This document shows, piece by piece, positions 49,301-61,900 of a stretch of DNA of 64,000 nucleotides (its first letter is position 1; each line of letters opens with the position of its first letter). Location: positions 9,052,001 to 9,116,000 of the forward strand of contig CM022675.1 in NCBI GenBank assembly GCA_012295275.1, given 5' to 3'. The position numbers and the translations under genes are program-made. The notes under the pieces are model-generated. The model had not been told where the DNA came from. It searched no databases and saw only the letters and a program-made list of their open reading frames with translations. The DNA is from Chrysomallon squamiferum (Eukaryota > Animalia > Mollusca).

Positions 49301-50347
49301 AATAAATAAATAATAAATAATTGTTATTATTATTATTATTCTAAATAAATAATAAAACTTGTATTAGAACAACAACTACTACTACTACTTAATAATAATA
49401 ATAATTAATAAATAAATATATAAATAAATAACAGTAATAATAACAAATTTAAAAAATAACAATAATAAAATAAAAACTAGACAAACTTTTTTTAAATTTA
49501 ATATAGATAATTTTTCAATAAATAATAAAAAATATTTAAAATTAAAAAATAATTTTTAAAAAAAAAATCTATAATAATTAGTAATATTAATATTTAAAAA
49601 GAAACAAATATTTTAACAGTAAATAAAAACAAAGTCCTGAATAATGAAACCAATAATTATAATATCAACAATGAATCAAAAAAAAAAAAAAAAAAAAAAT
49701 AAAAAAACTCCTTCCCCAATAAAAAAGAAATCAAGATTTGCTTCAGACTCTAAAATTAAAAAGATATGCTAAAAATCATTTACCATTTTAATACATTGTC
49801 TATTAATTAAATAATTCTCGAATTTTTTATTTTTTTTATTTTAAAAGTCCAACAGGAAAAAGGTAAGTCTCAATTACCTGATAGTGTTTCATTTTAGCGT
49901 AAGGTCCAAGCAAAACTTTCTGAAAAACTCGGAAAATGGAAGCCTGGAATATCATCGCAGGATAGCCAAGGTCCACTGCAATTCGATGTAGCATTTTCAA
50001 AACACAGTGGTTTGTGTGAATCGAGTTTTTCTCAAAATCAGCCAGCAGCAAAGCGTAAGATTTCAAAATGTCTCCTTTGGCAAAGCTGAGGATAAAAGGT
50101 TAAATTTTAAAACAGAAGGAATAAAAGGTAAAAATAAAATTAAAATAAATGTTGTAAAAAAAAAAAAAAAAAAAATAGAAAGGTAAAGGATGGAGATTGT
50201 TAAATGTGGATATGATTTCAGTATGATAGCAATAGTAAAAATAGCTAAGATAATTCCTAAAAACAAGATTTAGGATAGGGGAAACAGAGGAACACCAAAA
50301 GCAAGAAGAAAAGGGGAAAAAAAAAATATATAAATAAATAATAAATA

Positions 50348-50388
<41 letters not shown>

Positions 50389-50402
50389 AATGAGTCAATT
50401 AT

Positions 50403-50472
<70 letters not shown>

Positions 50473-51001
50473 TAATGGAACACAATTCTTTTCACCATTT
50501 CATTTCATTATTTACAACACAATTTAGCCATTCACAAATTACACTTAATAAACATTATGAATCATACTTTTTAATTATTATTTTATTTAAAAAAAAATCT
50601 ATATAATTAGTAAAAGATTAGTAATAAACTACTAACGGCCTCCTTGCACACAGAAAAATGACCCCAATTATCAAGTACTGTTACACAACAACCATTAGGA
50701 TTGGTCTGAAATCATTAATCTTTTTAAATAAAAGCTTTTCAACATGATGAAGTGTCTTTAAGTATCATACTGTGGGATCACTGCCCCCATCTTGATTCCC
50801 TGTCTTTGTTATTTTAATCACTCTATTCCTTTCCTGCCATTTTGTAAGATTATAAAGAATTTTGATGTTTGTCCATTTTGAGAGCCACTGATATTTGAAT
50901 CACTATTTATTTGAATGGTTTAACTCATGAATAATTAATTAACTGAAATAATAATAATAATGATGATATGGATAATAACAATAATAATTATATATATATA
51001 T

Positions 51002-51046
<45 letters not shown>

Positions 51047-52005
51047 GATGTTAATATAAAAAGTAAATATACTTGTAAAATTATTCGTATTTTTTTTATT
51101 TCTTATAAGACACCTAAATATATGTTTCATACTGAAATGGTTTTAAATATATATATTTATTTCATTGTTGTAAAGTTTTAACAGAGAAAATATTGAAAAA
51201 TAATAATCTATCTGTGTAAAAAGATTTTCAAATTAAATGATTTTTTTTTGGTTTGTTAATTACAACATATATTAATATTTCTGTTACAAGTATCATTGTT
51301 ATTACTCAAAATTTATTATTAGTACAGTTTTGGTGGATAAATTATTTAAAAATAATAACTTACTTGTGTAGAAAGGTTTTAAAATCAAATGACTGCTCAC
51401 TAGTACACACTGATTCAATTTCTTCTTCTTCAACTAAAATAAAATAAATTTTTTATTTTACAATGATTTTTGAAAATATATTATTATGGGTGTTTGGGGT
51501 TATGTTTCGCTTTTTGTTTTTGTGTGTACATGGGTGTGTGAGAGATTTTATTTATGAATAAAATATTTATAAAAAAAAATAATTCATGAAGACGAATTAA
51601 ATCTAAAAAAAATGAAAGAAAAGAAAAATATAAAATTAATTTGATTTTTCATATTAAAATAAATATATAAAAATATAAAAAAAATAAAATAATATATAAA
51701 AATAATAATAAAAAATAATAATAATAATAAAAATAATAATAAATAAATTAATTAATTAATTAATTAATATTTCACCTTCATTTTCTATTTCCTCTTCTTC
51801 CAGTCCTACTGATGCCTCAACTTGAGAATTTGGTCCTAAAAAAATATTTTTAAATTACAAACTAATTAACAAGGTTTATTTAAGACTTAAATCCAATATT
51901 GTTTTATCAATTACATCCATACCAAGTAACACAAAAAACAAAGAAAGAAAATGAAAGGTATAGACTGAAACTATCTCTCTCTCTCTCTCTCACAGAGAGA
52001 GAGAG

Positions 52006-52064
<59 letters not shown>

Positions 52065-52445
52065 CTTAGAATTTTGAGAAAATCTTTCATTTTTATTACT
52101 ATTCTTCATTCTATCCAGTTTTTTATGAAAATGTTAACAAAACAAGAGAGAGATAAAACTGAAAGACAGAAAAGGAACACAGACACACAATTATACACAA
52201 CAATTATTTATTAAGAATTTTGCTATTTATTTTGGTATGTGACTACTTAACGATTTTATTATTCACTATAACAGTACTGTATGAATAACAAGAAAATGTT
52301 TTTAAACAAATACATTTGTATGTGTGGGTGTGTATATATAATACATACAGTGATACACACCTATTTATTTAACACATAGCTACTGCCATTCTTTTAAACA
52401 AAACCAAAATAACTGGATGAAAACAATTCTGTAATATTTTAATAC

Positions 52446-52476
<31 letters not shown>

Positions 52477-53194
52477 TATTAATACTATCATCTGCTATCA
52501 AAGTGGCATAGAAAATTAGTTTGTGGTTCATATGAGTTATTCTTTTATAATACTGAATGATGGATTTTAAAACTGATTGAAAGTGAAGAAAAAAAGAAAA
52601 AAAAACAACAAAAAAAACAACAACATATGGACAGAAATGTAATAAAAAGGTGGATTTTCAGAAATTGTATTTAATTTAATTTTAAAAAAAAAACAATTTC
52701 CCCTCACCATGAGGGTGTCTTTAAGGTGGATTTTAAGACCCCTCCCATCCCTCAACACTAAAGGTGTCTTTCTGAAAAATTAATGTACAGAGATTTTAAG
52801 AACTGTGAGTTTTTCTGCAACTGACTGTCAGTCAAAATGTGTCATTAACTTATAATTTCCTGCATCCTTTTGCTTCTACAAATCACTAAGAACGTTTTCC
52901 TGTCTCGGGTAATTAAAAGGCAGGATGAAGGGTCAAGCACATCGAGTAACATGCGAGTTTATTAAACAGGTTATTATTCTTAATAAAGACAAAATAATAA
53001 CGTTTGTTTTGTTCAGAGTATTAGAAAGGCAGGAAATTAAGTCAGGAGAGAGGAAGAGAAAGAGAGACAAAAAAATAAAAAATAAAAAATAAAAAATAAA
53101 AATAAAATGAAGACAAAGAAGTTGAAAATAATCGAGGGAAGCTGAAAAGACAGAAAGATTGTCTTTGTTGTCTGAGTGAGAGAAAGACTGTGTC

Positions 53195-53269
<75 letters not shown>

Positions 53270-56200
53270 AAGACATGCAGCAGAAAAATTGTGTGTAAAA
53301 AAAAGAGGAAAAGAAAAGAAAAAACAGAAAAAGCATTTCAAAGTAAATCTGAAGTGTTTTTTCTATTTACAATTCTTGAGTGAAAACACTTGAGTTATAA
53401 TTAGATTTATTAATCAATGCAATACGAGAGTAGGTGGGTGTGTCTGCACACGACAAATACTTCAGAGGTACAAACAAACAAACACAGATTTAAAGAAAAA
53501 TGTTATAGAAAATACATGACATTTATTGCTATTTAAAAAAACAAAGTAAATAAAAAAATAAACTAAAATACAAATAATAAATAAATCAAATCAAGATAAA
53601 TAAATAAATAAATAAATAAATATATATATATAATAAAAATATTTAAAAAAAATTAAAACACATCTTTTTTGAAGCATTAGGAAAAATTTCTTCTTCTTTT
53701 GTTTTAACCAAGTATTTCTTATCTGTTATGAAACAATAAATTATTCTTACAAACAAGTCTCAGGCTTTAACCTACTTTAAGAAAGAAAAGAAAAAAAAAA
53801 AAAAAAAAAAAAAAAAATATTAGTACTGAGGGACTAACATCCTGCCCGGCCTGAAATTCATCATGTTAAGTAGCTCGTTCCTGATTTGTTAATTCATAAA
53901 CATTTAGAGTCATGTGACCACTCACTGATCAATCAAAACGTACCAATGTTGAGGGGAATGTGCAACAGAGGAAGTCTGCATTCAAAGTGTTATAGAAAAT
54001 TAGTTTGTGACGGATGTGAAATATTCTTTATGATACTGAATGCTGGATCTTAAAACTGTGTGGTTAGAAAAGTGAAAAAAAAAAAAGAAAAAAAAAAAAC
54101 TTATGGACAGAAATGTAACAAAAGGTGGATTTTAAGAAATTCTTAAAATCTTTTACTGATTTTTTATTGTTATATATATATATAAAGATTAAAACAAAAC
54201 TGTGAAAGGATTACAAAGCAAAAACGGATAAAAGGAAGTTGTAAGTGAAAATTTATTTGAAATCTCCTATTTTAAAGATAAAATTATTTATGATATGTTA
54301 ATATATTGAACAAAAGTGTGGAGTGAGATCTGTTTTGATTTTCTGTACATGTATTCTTTGGATTAAAAGAATAGAAGAAAAACATGAAGATAATTTCCTC
54401 AACCATGGAGGTGAATCTTCAGGTGGTTGTCATATTTTTTTTTATCTGTGTTGTATGTGTGTCTGGTTGTCCTGAAATATGTACATGCTCAAACAAAAAG
54501 GTGAACTGTTACGGAAAACAACTTCGTGAAATTCCAAAAGATATCCCAGGTGACACAATGACTCTTGATCTCAGGAATAACAAAATCGACCACATAGATC
54601 CATCCAGCTTTAAGAACCTTGAGAAGCTTAACGAACTCCTACTCAAGTACAACGAGATTACTTCCCTCGAACCAGGAACATTCAAGTACCTGAAAAACCT
54701 CAAAAACATCGACCTGGGAACCAACAGCATTAAAGTGATCAAGCCTGGAGTGTTCAGTGGTTTGGTGAACCTCAAAGGAATGGACCTGTCTGAGAATTTT
54801 ATCGTTGACATCAACGATTCTTTCCAGAATCTTCCGCTTTTGGAAAGACTGGATCTTGGCAACAACCAGATAAAGTCAATCAATGGAATGGCGTTCAATG
54901 ATCTGAAGAATCTCATCTACCTTGTTATTCCTAAGAACAACATAACAAAAATCGACAGATTCGTCTTCAGGCCTCTTCAGAAACTCTCCTCGATCATTCT
55001 GACGAAAAATCCACTGAAAAACGCCAATGCCATCTTTGCAAGAAATCGCCTGCTTGCCTACATTGATTTAACAGACTGTGCCTTGACACGAATTCCAACG
55101 AAGCTTCCCGCGTCTGTGCAGTATCTGCAACTTCGTAACAACAACATAACACGAATAAGGAAAAATGCTTTTGCTAAAAACAGGCTTTTGGGCATTCTCG
55201 TCCTTGACCAGAACCAGATCAGTGTTATTGAGAAAGGTGCTTTCAGCTCACTGAAGTTTCTTCAGGAGCTTTGGCTGAATGACAACAGACTGAAAGAATT
55301 TCCATCTCCTCTTCCGCTCTCTGTAAAATCAGTTTATCTTTCCAAAAATAAAATCAATGCAGTCTCCAAAGACGATTTTCCAGTCGATTCGCAACTCAAA
55401 AAACTCTCGCTAAAAAGCAATGAAATAACCGATTTAAAACCAAACACATTTCAGGAACTGAAAAATCTACAAATACTCTTCCTAAATCAAAATAAAATCT
55501 CTAATCTGAAAAATCTAACATTTGCCGGTCTCAATCAGCTCTCTAACCTGACACTAAGTAAAAACTTCTTAACAAATATTGAGAAAGATGCTTTCCTTGG
55601 GTTACAGTCGCTGGCTGAATTACAGCTTGCCTTCATTCCTGAAGTGGACCCTCCGATGAAAATTCACGGGAATATTTTTTCAAATATTCCAAACGTAACC
55701 TTCATAGATTTGCAGTTCAGTCCATCACTTGCGCGTGAGGCAGTTACATCAGACATGCTTTCTGCTCTTCCAAAACTCGTGGAAATCAACCTCATGGACA
55801 ACAATTTGAAAACCATGAGTCCAGAAATGGAGACGTACATGGAAAATGTCACAGCTATAAAAATTGCAGGTAACGAATGGCACTGTGACCAGAATCTTCT
55901 CTTTTTGAAAAAATGGATCAAGAAAAATCCTAGAAGATTTTTTCTATTCAGTCAGATTTTTTGTTCGTCGCCTGACAGTTTACGAGGAAAGAGAATTATC
56001 AAGTTAGAAGATGACGAGTTTGTTGCTGTTACTCAGTTTCCACAACAAACAACGTCTGCAACAACTACAGTACCAACTCGAGCTACTACCACCACCAGGA
56101 AAACAAAAGTTAAGAAATCAACAACAAAAAGAAGCATTCCAACGACTAAAATGTCCACACAGAAAGTTTCGACATACAAAACAACTCCGATGAAAGCTAA

Positions 56201-57073
56201 ATATACCAGTACAGTTCCAACCACAAAGGTTACCATGGTATCCAAGATGATGAACCAAACCAGAAGTGATGAAAGAGGAACAACTGTGAAAATTTACACA
56301 AGAAAACTTTACATGAAAACAACCATGCCAACAAAAGGAAGGCCAAAATCAGCCACAACAGGAAGTACCACAACTTATGGAATAAATTCTAATGTTACTG
56401 ACAACAACAACAACAACAAAACAGAATCATTTTCAACAAGCAAAGAAGAAGAAACAACGAAAAACGTCTCATCAAAAGCCACAGTTGAAAACACATCTAA
56501 CAGCACAGGAAAGAAAATGTTTGACACCGTCCCCGAAATTGGTGGAGGGAAAAAACAAGACGACGAAGAAATCAACAGCAACTCGACGAAACAAGAAGAG
56601 CTATCTCCCGAAGAGGGCAAGACAAAACCCCCAGGAAACCACAACACAAAGATAGCTGTCATAGCGACGTGTGTGTCCGTGGTTACGATAATCATCGTCA
56701 TCGTGGTAGCTGTTGTGGTGCACAGGCAGTACAGGAAGAACAAGCTGGTGTACCACAGGGCGCTGCAGTATCGCCAAGACTACACCAACGTGACTTTCTT
56801 CGTGGGCGAACCAGTAAACACCAACAACGAAACCGATCTCATAACAAAACCTAAACCCAGAAAACGGTCAGACCGTGGGTTCGACCTCATCAACAACTAA
56901 GGAAGACATCACTAACGAACTGGACCAGACAATGAAAGTGTACTCTTGGGATGATGACAAATAGAGTTGAGTCCCTTTTTGCTGATAATTATATAAAAAA
57001 AAAATCGACCGTGCCTCTTAACAAATGGAGAGTAGAATTATATCTCATTATAAAGATCTGATTAATGAAATTG

Positions 57074-57107
<34 letters not shown>

Positions 57108-58895
57108 AAAATGGAATTTATCATCGTTAATAGAGAAATGTAACAAATAATGACAAAATTATTTCCAAATGTTATTTGATATGACACAGTTATGTCCTTT
57201 GATATGACTACTGAAGTTATTTCCCATAAGACTTACATGGAGTTATTGTTCTTGTTATGTCCACATTGCATACCATGAAATGACTAAAGAAACTGTTTAC
57301 AAAGTAATGGACTATTCATTAGGAACCTGACTGTTAAAATAAATGTAAGAAGTTATAAGACAGAATTTTTATGGTCAGTATTGTTATATAATTACTGCAT
57401 CAACTAATTTTATTTTTTTAAATTATTGTTTCTTGAACTGTACTGCCAATAGTATTTAAAAGATACTGATAAATATGAAAACTTCTAATGCACAAACAGT
57501 GATTAACTGTCTATTACCATCTTTTAGGTATTTTATTGTACTGATACCCTGTAAATACAAGAGTCTGTTGATGTGTCTGTGTGTTTTATGTATGTTTGTT
57601 ATTAAATTCTGATTAGAGTTATTTAAAATAGTATTTCATATTAATAACTAATATGTAGTTAGTGATACATCTTTGTTATAAATATTTATCATTGAACAGT
57701 TCAGCTTTTATATTGCTGATACTGTTAAGATATATAATGAGTCAGTATATAATATGAATTTCTATAGACCTTTCTGTACCTAACGGTTACCTCAAATTAA
57801 TTTTAAACTGTTTTTAAATATGAATTTGTATTCTGAACATCTGAATTTATTATTTTTTTTATTTTATTTATTTATTATTTTTTTGTCTAAAGCATCTCTT
57901 TCATGCATGTGTGTGTATATATCTATAGTACATAGCTTACTGTCTATGTTAGATATTTATAGAACATTTCATTAATTTTTAATATTAATTATTAATCTGA
58001 ACTGAACATCTATATTTTATTTATTTATTTATTTATTTATTCATTCATTTATTTAGTTATTGTTTTAGGATCTTAGTAGTTTTTAATCTGCCACCAAATT
58101 GTATATGGATATTTTTGATTTTTTTCTAGTAACATTTTATAATGTATTAAATTCAAATATCCCCTTTCTACTTTTTTCGGTAAATCCTGATCTGGATATA
58201 TTAAGAATAAAATTACTGTGAAGAATTTCATTAGAAATTTTATTATTCTTCTGATTATTTTTATATTTACTCTAGTCAATAAACATTTATTTCAACAAAT
58301 TTCAAAACTCTAAAAAAACATTTTTTAAATTAATTTTTTAATGATTTCCCTGCTGATATATTTTATTTATTTTCTTAATTATCTGTGTATAAATACTGTG
58401 AATATGTATTTTCCATAAAATAAATATATTTTATTCTTTTAAATTTTTTGTTTTGTATGTTTATATCTCTATGAATATCAGCATATTTATATAAAAAGTT
58501 TTTATTTAATTTATAAATGGATGCATATATGTTTGCTTACTGCATGGATGGATGGATGGATGGATGGATGAATGGACAGAAACAGAAATCCTTCAGAATG
58601 GATGTATGCATTTGTATCTGCAACAATTTATTTCTATCTACATATTTAAAACTAATTTTAAAATGTTTTCCAACTGTAACAGAATAACAAAAATAATTTA
58701 TTTAATAAATGTGTCATATAAATTTCTTATAAAATAATAAATAACCTACTTGGTAAGTTTGTCATGAAAATTTCTTATAAAAGAATAAATAACCTACTTG
58801 GTAAGTTTGTCATGAAAATTTCTCTAAGAGCCATGAACTCATCTTCTGGAGTAATGTCTGACTTTCCAAAGTCATCTCTTTCAGGCCATACTTCT

Positions 58896-58966
<71 letters not shown>

Positions 58967-61900
58967 TAATAAAAATAATAATAGTAATAATAATAAAAAT
59001 AAAAATAATAATAATAATAATAATAATAACAATAACAATAATAATAATAAAAATAATAATAATAATAATGAATAACAATAATAATAATAGTAATACTAAT
59101 ACTAGTACTAATAATATTAATATAATAATAATGATAAATGTAATAATAAATGTAATAATTGTAACAGTAATAGCAATAACAATAAGAATTGTAAGAATAT
59201 TAATTGTAATAACAATATAATGATGATGATGACAAAAGTAATAACAGTTACAATAACAATAATGACAATAATGACTGTAGTAGTAGTAGTAGTAATAATA
59301 ATAATAATAGTAATAAAAATAATAATAGTATCAGTAGTAAGAATAACAGTAATAACAATAACAACAAAAATAACAACAAACCTGGCTGCCCTAAGTAAAG
59401 CCACGCCCTCCCCAGTCCTGTGACCCCTCAGTGCATCCTGTATGTTTATCATGGCTGCAGCTCTAAAGAATATTTTAATAATAAGAAATTTAATTCTGAT
59501 TACAAAACTAACAGCAAACACATTATTCTGGATTATGAATTTAACTCATAAATGATAGAGATCTCATCGTTGTACAAGCATTTTAATAATAACATATTAT
59601 AAGTTTTTATAGGAAGGAACAGTTTTGTGTTGAATATAACTGAAAGATTGAAGATATAAAAAATATTGTTGCAGAACAAAAACAGACTCAAAAACCCCAG
59701 CTGTAACTCTTTATAAAACTTAAAACTCCAGATTTTGTGTACCATATTTTGAAATTTGTGACATAAATGAATTTATTTTTTTAATAATACCCACCTTTGT
59801 TGATCATCATCTACTTCTGATGCAGCATCAAAAGGTGTAATATCAGTTGGTATCTCACTGTGGCCTTGAATAAGGGCAGATAACTCATCTGAAATCTGGT
59901 CCCAGGATTCCTCGAGTTCTTGTTCCGAAGGTTCATTTGTCTGGTTCTTTGTTTCTGTGAGGAATATAAGATTTTAAATGATAATCTATGTTACTGTTAA
60001 GGTTCCATGTATAATAAAAGTTGCTCTGTACACCAGGTGTGATAAGAAAAAAAAAAAACATATTTTAAATTTATATCTTTAAAATACATGAATAAAATCT
60101 AAGCAGGGATCAGTTATCCTTTCATTTATAAGCAATATTTAATTTTAAGAAATTTTAATATACTGACAACAGATATTTTAAGAGCATGAATTGGAATGGG
60201 ATTTCTTCTTTTCTTTTTTTTTTCTTATCAAAAATTATCTGAACACTAATAATCTGTTTTTCAAATTAAATATTAATTTCTTACTTTCATACTTTTTTAA
60301 TTTCACACTTTATATTTTTTTAATTTTATTCTTTATTTTTTTAATTGTATACTTTTACTTTTTTATTTTCATATTATTAATTTTTTTTTTTAAATATTAT
60401 ACTTCAACTTTTTATCTTCATACTTTTATTTATTTATTTTTTAATTTCATACTTTTATTATTTTTCTTCTTTTTAATCTTCCTCTTCTGCTGAACGACTA
60501 AGTGTGTTTGTCGTGAAAGCTGATCTAACATTCTGAGAAACAAGTGAGTCGACTCAACAAGATCTTTGAGATACGACCTGAAGGAAAAAAATCATAAATA
60601 TTTAACAAAATATTAACATATCTGATAATAATGGAAAATCTAGCAACTCTCTTTAATCCAATATTTACAACATAGGTAATTTACATATAGTGCATGTATG
60701 CATGCATATATGTATATACATATAAATGTATGCATAAAAATATGTATGTGTGTACATTTGTATGTATGTATGAATGAATGAATCAAATCAATGTGTGTAT
60801 CTTGGCATATGTGCTTTGTGTTTGTCTATGTATGTTTATCTATATAATTATGTGTGTCTTTTTACAACAATCAAGTAATATCAGTGGTTACTCAAAAAGT
60901 TCTGAATAAATTAAACATTAACCATTTTAATAAGCTAATAATATATATTTTGAAAAATGGTTCCCATATGCATTATGAAGATTTACCTGGACTGTTTAGT
61001 TTGGTTGAATCTTTTGAGCAAAGTCACAAAAATATCTCGAAACTCCATCATGTAAAATATGTTGCCTTGAAACAAAAATAAAAGAAATAAAATAAAAGAA
61101 ATAAAACTAAATAAAATAATAAAACATAGATCGATAAAAATTAAAATTTTTTTAATATTTTAAAAAATATATATATATATATATATATATATTATTTAAA
61201 TAATTGAAAATATTAATAAAAAGAATAAGACAAAATTATTTTCACATTTTTAAATTTATTTCACATTTATTTATTTAAAATCTGGCACATCCGTCTCAAA
61301 AGATCAAAAATTAAAATAAAATAAAAGCATCTTAAATAGAACAAAAACAGCCAATCAGATGCAAGCTTACTTTTGATAACTTTGGAAGATTCCATTAGCT
61401 GTGGGTTTTTGGATCGATCCATCATGTCAAGGGTTAGCAGCAGCTCCTGGTAAGCTTTCAAGGCAAGATGGACTCTTAAAAATAATTAAATTGAATACAA
61501 ATAAAATAACTGACTAGTAAAATAGAGGATAAGCTGTGATGAAACCTTAATACCAGCTACTCAGTATTTTATATAGTTGAGATTATTTATTAAGTCAACA
61601 TTCAGAAAACAAACTTATATGAAATAAACTAACTTTATAAAACAAATTAAAAAAACACAGTATATATATATATATATCTCTGTGTGTGTGTGTGTGTACA
61701 CACATACACACACAGTACATGTATATCAAAAATTAAAACTAATTTAAAACACTGATACAATAGCAGGGAACAATATTCAGCCAATATATATTCTTGTAGA
61801 ACTATTTACAATGGCAATCATTTTAAATTATGTATATATTTTTTGTGGACAAACCCAGAATATACTCTCTTGATTAGCAAAAATTAAAACTGATTTAAAA

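Noticed and set aside
54509-56854. Short overlapping ORFs within the LRR gene
   Set aside because: Shadow frames of the 838-aa ORF.
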